64,000 nucleotides of DNA from Eledone cirrhosa (lineage: Eukaryota), in contig OZ024743.1 in the NCBI GenBank assembly GCA_964016885.1, forward strand, positions 147,126,001-147,190,000, given 5' to 3'. This document shows, piece after piece, positions 40,917-56,585 of this stretch (position 1 is its first letter; the number at the start of each line of letters is the position of its first letter). Made by a program: the position numbers and the translations under genes. The notes beneath the pieces were generated by a model. That model was not told where the DNA came from. It worked only from the letters and a program-made list of their open reading frames with translations, and ran no database searches.

Positions 40917-41790
40917 TTACAGTAACAATAATGGTTTCTTATATAGGCACAAGGCCAGCAATTTTGGGGGGAGTGAAAAGTCGATGAAATTGACCCCAGT
41001 GCGTGACTGGTACTTTATTTTATCGACCCTGTAAGGATGAAAGGCAAAGTTAACCTCGGCGGGATTTGAACTCAGATCATAAAGGGCCGTAACTCTATGC
41101 GGCAAAGCATGGCGTCCGACCCTCTACCGATACTGGCAATCCACCGCCCTTACAGTAACAATAATAATAATAATAATTGTTTCTACTTTTGGCACAAGGC
41201 CAGCAATTACCCAGTACATTACTGGTACTTTATTTTATCGACCCCGTAAGGATGAAAGGCAAAGTTAACCTCGACGGGATTTGAACTCAGACCGTAAAGG
41301 GACGTAACTATGCTGGAAAGCATGGCGTCCGACTCTCTACCGATACTGGCAATTCACCGCCAATAATAATGATTTCTAGTATAGGCACAAGGCTAGCAAT
41401 TTGGGGGAGGGGAAAGTCGATGAAATTGACCCCAGTGCGTGACTGGTACTTTATTTTATCGACCCCGTAAGGATGAAAGGCAAAGTTAACCTCGGCCGGA
41501 TTTGAACTCAGATCATAAAGGGCCGTAACTCTATGCGGCAAAGCATGGCGTCCGACCCTCTACCGATACTGCCAATCCACCGCCCTTACAGTAACAATAA
41601 TAATAATAATAATTGTTTCTACTTTAGGCACAAGGCCAGCAATTATCCAGTACATTCCTGGTACTTTATTTTATCGACCCGGTAAGGATGAAAGGTAAAG
41701 TTAACCCCGGCGGGATTTGAACTCAGACCGTAAAGAGCCGTAACTCTATGCAGCAAAGCATTTCGTTCGACCCTCTACCGATATTGCCAA
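40917..41790 (-). mobile_element. array of four SINE S1 copies (alternating long and short variants)
   Basis: Copies at about 40933-41149, 41172-41360, 41365-41585 and 41610-41790. Confidence 0.92.
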
Positions 41791-41809
41791 ATGACAACAA
41801 TAATGACGG

Positions 41810-42400
41810 CAATAGTAAAAAAAGGGGAAAACAAAAGGAAAGAAAGAATAGGGAAATATAGAGAAAATGAGAGAAAGAAAGAAGAAAAGGAAGGGGAGTG
41901 GATGGCAAGAGCTCTGGTATCCCAGCGGAGAGTGAAGGGGAAGGGGGAGGGTAATTGGGCCTAGGGCAAGAGGGCTGAAGTGCTGCGACTCGCAGACAAG
42001 ACGGAAAAAGCATCCCCCAGATGATGGCCAATGATGCCCTCTGCAACAGTCACCCAATATCCTGGGGCTCCCTCCTCAGACGGGCTGCCAACGTTCCGAT
42101 TTTGCGGAGGAGCTCGGCTGTACGGGGTCCAAGTACGCCTGAGGTCTCGACGGGGACCGGTGCGAAGAGGAAGCGGGCGGACAAACTCCGGTATTTGTTT
42201 ATTTTATGTTCTGTGAGGCGGGCCGCGATGTTGGGGTTTGTGGCCGAAGCGGTTAACTTTATGCGGAGAACGTGTCGCAGCAGGTGGCGTCCCAGTTGAG
42301 GGATTTACCTCCTTCGAATGGGAAGAGGGTGATTCCGTGGGGGCGCTTGCCATCTCTGCGGTCTAGTCCTGCTGGCTCCCAGAAGGCTAGGCATTTGGAG
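41810..42400 (-). pseudogene. CRE-clade non-LTR retrotransposon 3' end (restriction-like endonuclease)
   Basis: [37 protein letters not shown]...KYRSL..RFLFAPVPVETSGVLG...LLQRASLAII, with stops; T-rich 3' UTR. Confidence 0.88.
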
Positions 42401-42743
42401 TTTACTCCATTAATTCGAACTCAGTACTTATCTGGTACGTGGTTATATCAATCCCGGAGAAATGAAAGCTGGATTTGAACTCAGATAGTAAATGACCGGA
42501 ATAAACACCACAAGGCATTTTTACTAAAGTTATTGTGATATTGCCTATCCAGTCCAATAATAATAATAATGATGTCTGATTTTGGCACAAGACTAGCAAT
42601 TTTTGGAGAGGGGAAGTCGATTAAATCGACCCCATTGCGTGACTTGTACTTTAGTTTATCGACCCCTTAAGAAGGAAAAGCAAAGCTAACCTCGGTGGGA
42701 TTTGAAATCAGAACGTAAAGAACCGAGACTCTATGCTGCAAAA

Positions 42744-42946
42744 CATTTTAATTCCTTAGTCCATTTTAATTCCTTAGTCCATTTTAATTCCTTAGTCCAT
42801 TTTAATTCCTTAGTCCATTTTAATTCCTTAGTCCATTTTAATTCCTTAGTCCATTTTAATTCCTTAGTCCATTTTAATTCCTTAGTCCATTTTAATTCCT
42901 TAGTCCATTTTAATTACTTAGTCCATTTTAATTACTTAGTCCATTT
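42744..42946. repeat. 18-bp minisatellite, about 11 units
   Basis: Unit CATTTTAATTCCTTAGTC, abutting the head of a SINE S1 copy. Confidence 0.95.
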
Positions 42947-45841
42947 ATCATTCTGTATCATTTCTCCCCGAATCCAATCTTTGCTTTTCTATTCGATAAT
43001 TCTAGCGTATTTTTCAAAACAAATCTTGTATTATTGTTTTATGCTTGTTAAATTATGCCCAAAATACGGGGATCTTATTTAAACCATAACCTTCTCGCTA
43101 ACTACCCAATCCACCACCTTTAATAATAATAATAATGATGATTGCTTTATTAACCACGAAGGTTTTACATCAAGAAAAACATTATAACGGCACAGGACGA
43201 AAACATAGAGTGTGTGTGTGTGTATATGTGTTGGTGTGTGGGTTTTGCGTGTAAACAAATGTTAACAATGTTAAAAAAGAAAGATAACAATAAAAAATTA
43301 AAACAAAAGGGGTTCCTTAATAGGGAGACGTTTGATGGTCACTCATGGAACCCCCCCCCCCCTTCACCATAAAACCACTGGTGCTTTGTCTCAGTTGTTC
43401 TCTAATCTCCAGGCTAACACTCAGAGCGGACCCATTCACTTGGGTCATACGAACTGAAAGTGAATTTATATATTCATATTTCACCTTACATAATATAATA
43501 TCAATAGACTTCTTCATCGTCAAGTCACTAAATCAATATAGCAGACAAATCTTTCCCATCAAAACTCTCAAAACAGGAATCATAGTTTACAACTCCTCGT
43601 GGAACTCGTTCATCGTAAATAGGGCTTATTCTTTGGTAGACTAGGAGAAACTAACTTTTAAAAAATCAGCTAATGGTTCTCAGGAGTCATCATCATTATC
43701 GTCATTGGTCGTCATTATCTTCATAATCGCAGTCGTCATCGTTTGTTGGCATGGTTTGGACACTACTTTACAGTCAGATGTCCTTCTTGACTCTATACCG
43801 TTTACTTGCTTTTTTTACGACATGCAGAGATACTAGTGTACTTCTGAATAAAAACAAAACAAAAACAGACTATATGCATATAGATGTGTACGGTATGATG
43901 CCGTAACTCCTTAGATTCGTAGGGTAACCGTATTGACAAACGGCGTTTCTGGGGCATTTTAAGTCTGCAGAGCCTATCTCTCTCCAGGCCTGATTACAGC
44001 AGATTTCTTCAAGAGAGAGTAAGAATCGACCCCAGTATTAGACTAGTACTTTTTTTTATCGATCTCAAAAGGTTGAAAGGCAAAGTTGACCTCGGTGGGA
44101 TTTGAACTCAGAGAGCAGAGAACCTGAACGAATACCATAAAGCATTCTATCCGACATTCTAACGACTCTACCAATTCACCGCATATACATGTACTAATAT
44201 TTAAACGCCTCCAGTTATGCCGCAAGAGTTAATTATTTTATACATACAGTTGACACAGTACCATGGTTATTATAACAGTAATAAGGTAAGAATAGCTAGA
44301 AGACTCACAATTATTATTGACTTGGCAAATTCATAGCCATCTTATACACTTTAAGTGGAAAGAAATGGTATTTGTGGATGTAAGGAAATCAACCCAGTTT
44401 AAGAAAAGAAAATCGAAAATATTTCCTCCATTAAAAACATACTTCTAGGCTAGTTAGAGGTTTAAAAATGACATTTCAAACATTTAAAAATATTTTAGAT
44501 ATTTAATAAAATTATTTAAATCACCCACACTCTCCCATCTACACACTTTTCACAAACAGTCGGTCATGAAAAAATATGAATATATTAAAAACTCATTTAA
44601 ATGTGATTAAGAAATAAAACACGTATTCTTGTTGTTGATATTGAGATTTATTGTTGTTAATGTTGTTATTGATTTCGTTGTGGTGTAATCTATTCTTTTA
44701 TTATTGCTGTTGTTTTCCTATTTATTTTAATAGTTACTGTGTTTCAGTTTACTCTCATTTGTTCTTGTCAATGTTTTTGCTGTAAGAAATGTTTTGATAT
44801 TATAAGCAACCATTCATATTCTTGCTATTTTAAAGATTTACCGATGATAATGGTAACAGTCTCCTTACTGATATAACTGTTTTTGTTTTTGCAAAACTAG
44901 CTAAAAAGGTATTGTAATTGTAAAATTGATGTAGTTTGTGAGCGTTTGTAGCTAATGATGATATATAGCGTCACAAAAGCTGTTGCTTTCAGTTTTCAAT
45001 TTTTAATTATGTTCAAATTCTGGTATTTTATTGTGGGGTGCACACAGCTGCTCTATTACTTTTTTAAGCTGCAGTGAAATTCTTTGCAGAATATTACAGC
45101 TACTTTTACATGCTGGCGTTGTTAATAAAACGTGTACATGTCAGCATTGTTTCAGTATATCATGTAAAACGTGGATGTAACCACTTTAAACATTTAGAAA
45201 ACTAACTTTAGGTCTGACACCCCTGATATGTTGAACTTAAGTCGAGACCAAACACTGTTCGTATGTGCTAGATGTTGTGGCTGGTCTTCCAAATTAAAAC
45301 AAATCTGCTATTAGTGAGGCCTATTAAAAATGTTTTATTAAAGTATTTATATAATACTTTTTTCGTATAAATTATATTAGAAGAGCATTTGTTAATTATA
45401 CTAATATTTTACAGACTATTAATTTCATTTTTAAATATGAACATATTTCTTTGTATTTTGAGTCTACGATATTTTCCTTTCAATTCGACAAGTGCTTTAA
45501 GTAAGAATCTCTATGTCCTTGAAATGTTGAATCATAATTATCAAACTACATACATATTCAAGCGCGCGTGCAAACACACACAATCACACGCATACACACT
45601 ACGCGCGCGGACACACACATACATTATATGTGCCTTTCATCCTTACGGGGTCGATAAAATAAAGTACCAGTAATGTACTGGGATAATTGCTGGCCTTGTG
45701 CCAAATGTACAAACAATTATATGTAAGGATTTTCTTGTCCCAGTACCGGATGAATAAATGTTAACGATGATGGATACAACAGCATCTGACATTCCCATAT
45801 GGTCACAGCTTAAAATGTTCATAGCGAGACATTTGTGCTTT

Positions 45842-46022
45842 TGTGGATTGGCAGTATCGGTAGATGGTCGGACGCCATGCTTTGACGCATAGAGTTACGG
45901 CCCTTGCCATTCTGAGTTCAAATCCCGCCGAGGTTAAATTCGCCTTTCATCCCTACGGGGTCGATAAAATAAAGTACCAGTAATGGGTATTTGCTGGCCT
46001 TGTGCCAAAAGTAGGAACAATT
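45842..46022 (+). mobile_element. SINE S1
   Basis: Near full-length copy. Confidence 0.9.
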
Positions 46023-46084
46023 ATACATAAACATATCATTTTGCCTTCATATCCACTCCTGTCATGAAACACGCCTGTGCTACT

Positions 46085-46480
46085 GATACATACATACATA
46101 CATGGTGGCTGCCAACTCGTTTTCGAGTACGGCCACTACTTTATATCCATGTAGGAGAACCCCTACCGATGCCCTGAACGAGTGTGACTTTTTAGTCCAG
46201 CCAGCAACTTGAAAACTCTGGTACAAACACTACACTGTGACAATTATTGACACATAGTGCTGGGCCCATGGTATCATGTGATGACAAGTGCAGAGAGATC
46301 GCCAGATATAAAGCAATGCCTGTGCCGTGAAGCTTTTATAGTGAGCAAAGGCACTGCACAAAGCCAGTCCCACTCTCTTAACCAAGATGATATTTACCAA
46401 AAAGAAGAACAAGTCAACATCATTGGATACCATCAGGGTTGCAGGTGTTATATCAGAGTTTTCCTTCTAGAATTCTGCCA
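46085..46480 (-). pseudogene. RTE-like LINE 3' end with C2H2 finger and (TGTA)n tail
   Basis: QCSVCTRVFKLLAGLKSHTRSGHR-stop, short UTR, microsatellite tail. Confidence 0.65.
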
Positions 46481-46540
46481 TACATACATACATACATACA
46501 TACATACATACATACTTACATACATACTTACATACATACA

Positions 46541-47240
46541 TGAGGATTGCTACAGATATCTGGGGATAGATGAGAACATATCCGATAATGGTATCTGTAA
46601 TAAGGAACGCATAACCAGGGAATACTACACCCGATTAAGAAAGATATGGTCATCGGAACTCTCTGCGCAAAACAAAATAGTGGCTCACAATGTGTTTGCT
46701 GTGCCTGTCCTAACACCAACGTTTGGAATACTCAATTGGGCGATAGACGAAATCCGAGCAGTTGATGTTGGAACTCGAAAAATACTGAACAACACTGGAA
46801 ACTTCCACATCAACAGTGACATAGACCGCCTTTACTTGAAACGTAAGCAGGGAGGCTGAGGCCTAACATCAGTCCAGACAGCATTTGAATGTCGCATCAT
46901 ATCTCTCCGACAACATCTACGAAGCGTAGGAGCCCGTCTCTCAAGCAAGACTATCTGCATGAAATAGATAAGATCATGAGAGTTGGGAAGGAACTCCTCG
47001 AGAGATATTCCGTGTGATAATCAAAAACTCACACCCAGGGAAATCGCTCAGCAGTATCGCAGTGAATCCATGGATGAAAAACTGCATACTTATTAGCAAA
47101 AAATCATGCATGGATATGTTGCCAGGAAGCTCCAGAGTGAGAGTAATATAGATAAGGAAAGTAGTCTATCTTGGACCAACAACCGCTATATTGGCTCCCA
47201 CTTTGAAGGATACGCTTTTGCAATCCAAGAACAGGAAACA
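46541..47240 (+). pseudogene. R4/Dong-clade non-LTR retrotransposon RT thumb fragment
   Basis: YRYLGI...SELSAQNKIVAHNVFAVPVL..TFGILNW...SDIDRLYLKRKQGG*GL...SHFEGYAFAIQEQE. Confidence 0.85.
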
Positions 47241-47269
47241 AGAAACCATAACTGGTGATGACGGATATC

Positions 47270-49144
47270 CTCAACACAGATGGAGAAGCCCTCAATTGTG
47301 GTAGAAAACTATGATTATGAAGATACGAGGTTCAGTTTGGTAACAATTGAGTCGTTCCTTACAATCCTTTGCTCTGCAAAATCCTTGATGCTCACATCAA
47401 TTGTGAGTACAGCGCATCAGTAAAATCCATTAACTAACAGGGAGATATATTTCTAGCCATGAAGCCATATGGATAATCTTTGGTTTTGACATACACAATA
47501 GACACCCAGTGGTAGTGAACCTTGCAGACCACTTGAAAATGGTCAGAGGGTATATTACACCGAAGAAAAAGCACAATTGATTGCTGCATCTCCTCCAGAC
47601 ACAACGCTCATTGCTTTATCATGAGGTTCCCACATTCTACGCATGGAATAAAAAAGAAATGGAGCAGACGAAAGATAGGCAATCATGTGGATGGCTATCA
47701 AAACATCAAAGCAAGCGGTACAATAGAAAGTGTTTACGGTCCATCCAAAACACAGGGAATACTTTCATTTGAGGTCAATCTTTCACATTGTTAGAGGGCC
47801 AACATCATTCGAAAATATCAAAATTGTACATGGAACTCCGTGTGCAACGTATGCTGAAGCATGTAAATTACTTGGCCTACTTGAAAACGGGGAATATTGG
47901 AATAAGACATTGGAAGTGGCAGCTGCCACACGAATGCCTAAAAAGCTTTGACAGCTCTTCACTGTAATGCTCACTACGTACAATATTTCAGATCCCTTGA
48001 GTCTCTGGGAAAGCTATAGGAAAGACTTGTCGGAAGATATAGCACAGGATCAAACTTCAAAACACTGGCATTAATGAAGAACTTTTAGAAATTAACAACT
48101 ACCTGAGTGAAATTGACTGGTGCTTTAAGGATTGCGGTTTACCAGAACCTGAGGATACAGTTGCATACTCTATTGCCTCAAAGTATCAACTATATGGCAA
48201 CAAGTCCAGCGATTACTCTTGAGGACAAACATGATGCAGAAATCAATACTTTTGCAAAACCGCTAATTAAACTGGGTGATGGAAATATGCAACAAGATGA
48301 AAATGGATAAGTCAACCTTCCATTTGGAAATGTCTGTAATGCAACAAATGAACTAATTGATCAAGTATTTCCAAATGTTGCCTCAAATTATATCAATAAA
48401 TTGTGGATGTTTCAGAGAGCAATTTTAGCGCCAAAATATAATAGGGTAAATCAATCAGATCAAGCAATGCGTACTGGATACCCTACCATGGGAGGTTCAT
48501 ACATATGTCTTCATTAGCAAGATTGAAAATTATGACGAAGCTGTTAATTATCCTGCATTCCTTAATAGTCTGGAAATTCCTGGACTTTGTCCACACAAAT
48601 TAACGCTAAAAATTGTAACTCCCATCATCCTTTTGAGAAACCTGGACCCACCACGTCTATGCAATGGCACGCGCTTTACCGTAAGGCAGAGAATGAAATA
48701 TCTCCTAGAGGTAACAATTCTTGGAGGCAATGATCAAGACAAAAATGCATCAATTCCAAAGATTCCACTTATCCCTTCCTCTACCGAGCTACCATTCAAA
48801 TTCTCTAGACTTCAATTCCCTGTTAAAGCCAGTTTTACGATGACCATAAATAAAGCTTAGGGTTAGAGTCTCAAAGTCGTAGGATTGAATCTGCTAGAAT
48901 CAGTTTTTACCCTTGGACATTTATATGTTGGTTGTTCACGAGAGGGAACATCTAGAAATCTTCATATACTATGCATGAACGGTAAAACAAAGAATCTGGA
49001 AATATTTTGACTTTTTTCTCACACACATATCATTGTCTCGCCTCATACTGTAAATCAGACAACGCATCCAGTACAGTCATTTCCTCTTCTACCTGTCTTC
49101 TCTTATCAACTTTTCACCCGTGCGAAGCCAGGTAACTCATCTAG
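47270..49144 (+). mobile_element. decayed, internally deleted Helitron (Rep-helicase remnants and 3' end)
   Basis: VVPYNPLLCKILDAHINCE, VRGPTSFE..TYAEACKLLGLL, RNLDPPRLCNGTR, RLQFPVKASFTMTINKA, LYVGCSR; terminal GC-rich hairpin and CTAG|T at 49141-49145. Confidence 0.92.
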
Positions 49145-49307
49145 TTATATATAAAAATATAAAATATGCTTTCATATGCACCCCTTTTTATAAATATAAT
49201 TGCACTACGGGTTTATATATATTTATTTTATATATATAATCCTTATCGATCCCTCTTCAGATTTTTGTCTTCACATTTATTATTACTATATATATATATA
49301 TATATAG

Positions 49308-49347
<40 letters not shown>

Positions 49348-49349
49348 CT

Positions 49350-49398
<49 letters not shown>

Positions 49399-49939
49399 AT
49401 AATAATAAATTTGAAGACTAAAATCCAAGACTATAAATATATATATATATATATGGAAAGGGGGGGGGGAGGAGAGAGATGTATTTAGACAAAAACATTA
49501 TATAAATATATATATATCCCACAATCAGTATATATATATTTTTCTATAATATATTTTTATATATTTCACGCATAAAAAAATTACTTTCAATATCTGCTGG
49601 TAAAGAGAATTGTATCAACTTTGGAGTGTATATGTGGATTGCATATTTAGTTTTGTGTATGTGTTTATATCGTGAAAGCTAATATATATAAAGAAATATC
49701 TATCAAAAGGAAATATATATCATTTCAATCTATTTAGTAAAATATCTGTAACGTTTATGTCTGCGCATATATACATACTCACATATATATATATACAGAA
49801 GTAGCAGCGATTCTTTGCTTAAACTTTAATCTGTTATTTTAATAAATATATATATATATATATACTCTCTCTTTCTCTCTCACACACACATATATCTATA
49901 TCTATATCTATACCTATATATCTATAAACACATTTACAC

Positions 49940-50016
<77 letters not shown>

Positions 50017-50057
50017 GGTTTGAATATGCATCTCTATATATGTATATATGTATATAA

Positions 50058-50108
<51 letters not shown>

Positions 50109-50120
50109 TATGCCAGTTTT

Positions 50121-50159
<39 letters not shown>

Positions 50160-50280
50160 ATATATATATAAATACATACATACATATATATACACGTATA
50201 TAAATAAACATATATATATAAATATATATATATGTGTATATATATATATATGCATGTATGTATATATATATATATATATA

Positions 50281-50497
50281 TAACGAAGGAAGTGTGGTAA
50301 GGAACCAGGTGGACCATAACGCACCAAAGTACTCAATACTTGAGGTAGTAGAGTGGGTAATAGGAACCAGTAAGACCCCGACAGCTGAGCTCAAGCCGTT
50401 TCGACGGCTAATTCTGGAGTACTTTTTCCTATATATATATATATATATATAGGAAAAAGTAAGACCCCGACGGCTGAGCTCAAGCCGTTTCGACGGA
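50281..50497 (-). mobile_element. family A tail plus HHR 3' half, with a second partial copy
   Basis: Reverse complement of 15350-15486; repeat of AAGACCCCGAC.GCTGAGCTCAAGCCGTTTCGACGG at about 50461. Confidence 0.85.
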
Positions 50498-50544
50498 AGT
50501 CGATTTTCGTTAATTTTCCAATAGCCGAAATACGATTCTCGCTA

Positions 50545-50614
<70 letters not shown>

Positions 50615-50899
50615 GTATATATATACATATATATATACTTAAGAAAATTAACAAAGAGAGGACAATGTCTAGCATCTGTATAATATTTTAAAGAACAAAT
50701 TTAATGATAAAATACTTATAAAGACCGAGAAAGCATTATATTCCTGATTAGAGCCCCTGGCGCAGAACTATGTCTATTTTGAAGGAAATATGCGTGAAAA
50801 TTCGTTTAGCTTATTTATATGAACATTGCAGTGACAGGCTTGAATAGCTCGAGGGAAAAGTTTGCCGCCAAAACGAAGTATTCAACTGCTCATAGTATG

Positions 50900-51450
50900 G
50901 TATACAAAGTTTATGTCACGGTCATTTTGTTCCTCACTGCATTATATCTGAAGTGAAGAAGGGTCTGTCATTCAATGTCCTTCTCATTATCAACAATGCT
51001 ACCAACCATTTCGAAATCCTGATGCATGAGAATGAACATGACAAACTGCTATTTGTGCCTCCAAACGCAATGCCACTGCTACAATCATGTGATCAAGGCA
51101 TCATAAGGTGTGAAAGAATTGCTGCTGAACTTGATGTTAACCTAGGTTACAGAGTTATTAATCTATGGAACAGCCTCACAACTGTGAATGTAATTGAGAT
51201 TATTGCTGAATCCTTTGAAGCCCTACAACCCAAGAAATTCAACGCTTGCAAGATGGCTCTATGGAGCAAGGCTGTCAATGACTTCACGAGCTTCTCTATT
51301 ATCGATTGAGAAGGGGAGGATGTTTTGCAAGTTGCCAGCAAAGCTGATAGTGAAGGCGTCTCTGACATGAACGTGGAAGACATCAAACAACACGTTGAAC
51401 AGCACTCAGATATTTCGTAGTTACGAAGACATTGAAGAACTGATGAAATC
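50900..51450 (+). pseudogene. Tigger/pogo DDE transposase fragment
   Basis: GLSFNVLLIINNATNH...LFVPPNAMPLLQSCDQGII resembles VLLxxDNAxxH...FLPPNTTxxxQPxDQGII. Confidence 0.85.
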
Positions 51451-51585
51451 GTCAACAGTTAAAAGAAAAAGAAGAATCGGATGGCGTCTACCCCTATGCA
51501 ACATTTATATAACCATAGAGAAAGATTTTATCTTTTCACTTGGATAATCTCAACTGATCGAAGTTTTATCAAATGTAACTGATAA

Positions 51586-51770
51586 TAATTGTTTCTACTT
51601 TAGGCACAAGGCCACCAATTACCCAGTGCATTGCTGGTACTTTATTTTATCGACCCCGTAAGGATGAAAGGCAAAGTCAACCTCGGCGGGATTTGAACTC
51701 AGATCGTAAAGGGACGTAACTATGCTGGAAAGCATGGCGTCCGACCCTCTACATATACTGCCAATCTCTG
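51586..51770 (-). mobile_element. SINE S1
   Basis: Near full-length copy. Confidence 0.9.
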
Positions 51771-52343
51771 CCTTTTGTAACTGATAATAATGCTTTCTAC
51801 CACAGCTATAACGTCACGCATTCTAAGGTGGGAACTGGTACCTAATTTAGCGGCTTCAAAATAATGAAAGAATGTAAAGATTGACCGCGAGGGGATTTGA
51901 ACTGGGAAGGTAAAGTGGTGTAATTCAATCGTATAAGTCATTTAGTTCACCACTCCACTGATTTTGCGGTTTCTGTTTATTGAATGCAACAGTCTAGCAG
52001 TGAATTTATTACATTGAAGTATGTCTACAAGTGTTTTGTTGCTTTTATTATCATTTAGACTTTCATTTCTAGTTGTTTTTCCTTTATTACCACCACAACA
52101 CTATATTTCAACTTCTTTCCATCTCTTCTATTAATTTATTCTAGCAACGCCAACACCATTCTTACGCTCACCCCATAAACATTATTATTTATTCAAAAGT
52201 ATATTTATGGCATCCGTATGAATTACAGCATTCAAACATCTGAGGTTTCCGAAACATTCTCTTTTAACAATTTATACACACACACACACATGCGCACACA
52301 CACGCACAGACGATCTCGCATACACTCATTTACACACACAAAT

Positions 52344-52381
<38 letters not shown>

Positions 52382-52446
52382 TTACATACATATATAAAAT
52401 AGCACAAAAACACATGTATTTGTGTATATGAAGAGAGATAACCTTG

Positions 52447-53800
<1,354 letters not shown>

Positions 53801-53963
53801 AGCAAATGATGTGTGTGTGTGTGTGAGAGAGGGTGTGTGTCTGTGTGTATATGCGTGCGAATACACACACACGCACACACACATATATATGTGTGTGTGA
53901 GAGTTTGAAAGTATGTGTGGCGAATTGGCAGAAATGTTAGAACGTCGTTTAGAATATTTTGCA

Positions 53964-54018
<55 letters not shown>

Positions 54019-54019
<1 letters not shown>

Positions 54020-54610
54020 TAGCTAAAGTACCCGTCCTTTGGACGGTTCAAGTAGCTTTCGATGTAGCTCATTAAACTAAACAAAGTAAATTTGAATACA
54101 TAGAAGAAAAACGTACTGTATGTAAACATGAACATTTTAAGAACTATTCCAGCGAAATAATTAATATGTGAGCTCGGTGTCATCCGTTATCCTATGTAAC
54201 AACAAAAATCTAGTCTAGGTATACATTTTTTTGACAACAGTAAAACCTTTTGTTTCAAGTTCAAAGAGTAAAGTAAAATCCGAATGAGCTGAATTGTAAT
54301 AATCAAAATCCCAAAACAAAATTTTTGACAACATAAAAAATGAGTTCCTTGTATTGACGAAAGATAACTCTTGTCTTACTTAATCAAAAAATTCGAAAAT
54401 TGACACAAATAACCGAAATTTTTTAATGTCTCCAAAGGCCCCAATATCGATTTTTGAAAGCCTTTGTAGATCGTGTACAGGTTTTGTGCAAGGAGAAGCT
54501 CTGTAAAAAATTTCAAAGAAATCGCATGATTGGTTTAGAATATATGAGCCCTCATTAAAAATTGTCCACACACACACACAGGGAAAACTTCAGCTTTATA
54601 TATATACAGA
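54019..54610 (-). mobile_element. complete non-autonomous Helitron (592 bp)
   Basis: 5' TCTGTATATATATAAAGCTGAAG, 3' hairpin CCGTCC-AAA-GGACGG then CTAG, inserted between A and T. Confidence 0.85.
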
Positions 54611-54647
54611 TATATATGTATGTGTATATATATATATATATGCATAC

Positions 54648-54701
<54 letters not shown>

Positions 54702-55247
54702 ATGCGCGCGTGGATGTGTGTCTGAGTTCAAATCCTGAGTTTCTCTGAGTTTCTCTGAGTTCAAATCCTGCCGATGTCAGCTTTGTCTTTCAGTCTACCG
54801 AGGTCGATAAACATGTATCAGTATCGCGGTTGATTCCTCCTATATCGTTTTCGCACTTTCTTTCTCTTTCCTCTGAAAGAAATCGGTTGTATTCCGAGCA
54901 GGAGAAGGGATAGGTTCTGTCGTGTTTAAAGTGCCCAAGGCGCATATCATGACGATGCCCCAACGACTTCAGTAGTAATCAGGGCTCACACACACACTGT
55001 GTGCGCTGAGTAGCCGAAGTATACAATAAAGTCATATCTGGAAAAACAGAGGCTGTGTAAATGTGTATATCGAGTGTGTAGACATGCAAATATGCCAAAT
55101 ACAGGCATTTCCTTTTAGATTGAAAAATGATAAACACCTTATCGCTTATAGTAGTATCCTGAAATGGACCTGCTAATTTGCATATTATTAGCGCTCAGAC
55201 TTGTAGTTAATTATATTAAGCAGTCAAAGTACATTCGGAAGTTATAT

Positions 55248-55565
55248 CTGGCTTAGTGGTTAGGGTGCTCAGCTTACGATTGTAAGTTCGTTAGTTCATT
55301 TTCTGGATCAGGTTGTGCATTGTGTCCTTGAGCAAGACACTTTATTTCCCATTACTTCAGTCCACTCAGCTGGCGAAAATAAGCCATATCTGTAATTTAA
55401 GGAGCTAGCTTTGTCATATCGTGTCACGCCGAATGTCAATGAGAAATACGTTATGGGTGAATCGTTGCTGAATGCTTCGCAACTTACATATTAATTTCAA
55501 TCGCAGGCTGTTCCGTTGATGGAATCAACTGGAGTGCTCGTCGTCGAAAACGATGGAGGTCTAAC
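55248..55565 (+). mobile_element. SINE family S3
   Basis: TGGCTTAGTGGTTAG A box, GTGTCCTTGAGCAAGACACTT, body shared with 1810-2070. Confidence 0.75.
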
Positions 55566-56585
55566 ATCATATAAACAGAATAGATGTAACTGAGACTGCG
55601 TAAATGTGCACATAAATTTACATATAGTTTGTGTAGACATGCAAACATTTTTGTTATGACGGTAGAATGTAAATTTGAAAAGATTTGTCTGTTATTTCTA
55701 AAGTTTAAATGTGAACGAAATGTGCGCTTTTGCTAAACTAATTTAACATTTTCCATATGTATCTGGTTATGCGGTCGATTGAAAAATTGTCAGAGCGTCA
55801 GACAAATACTTTGTAAATGCTCTCTCTCTCTCTCTCTTTCCCTCAAACACACACACACATTCATGTTGTACTGTATGTCGATGTGTACTGTATGTCTTGC
55901 TTAGGTAATTGTCAGACGATTGCATGAGTGAATCTGTGAATCTATGGCTGAGTAAATGCCAGGATAGGAAATAATTAAAAGGTGTCGGTCTGAAAAATAA
56001 ATGGACACGGTATATATGGATGCAGGTAGCCGAGAAATAATAACTTGTGAATATACTTTCAAATAGAAAGCTATTTCGGTGATTTTGTCTGCATATGAAG
56101 AGACTGTAAGCGAACATCTTTGTGCGTTGAAGCTATGGAAGGATGACTTTCGAAAGGTAAGGTAGAAAAGCTGTACTGAATGTAGTATGAAGGACATTTT
56201 TTTCTATGATCTTCGTGTGTGGGATAATTGATGTTTTTCATTTTGTCATGATTGGTATACAGCATTATTATCGGAGCCGCTTTGATAATGAATAGTTCTC
56301 TAATATACAGAACAGCAGTATACTATTGGGATTAAAAGTAATGAACGCGCTATGTTAATATACTTGCGTGCAACAAAAGTAACAACACAATTTTCTCTTT
56401 TTCTCACTCTCAGACGATAAATAAAGATATCGAAATGTGCCATGAAAACTCCTATTCAATAATTGTTGCTGAGTCAAACGACCATCGGTTTGTTTGGATC
56501 AAATGTGTTAGTAATAGACACGGCATTAGGCATGTTACAATGACAAATAACAAATCGGTGGGAGGTTTTCAATCTAAAGTGTGAT

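Noticed and set aside
40917-41790. CRISPR-like repeat array
   Set aside because: Units are 180-220 bp SINEs without unique spacers; eukaryotic context, no cas genes
45105-45170. Small hairpin as a pre-miRNA
   Set aside because: Stem only about 10-13 bp with several G.U pairs; no known mature sequence recognised
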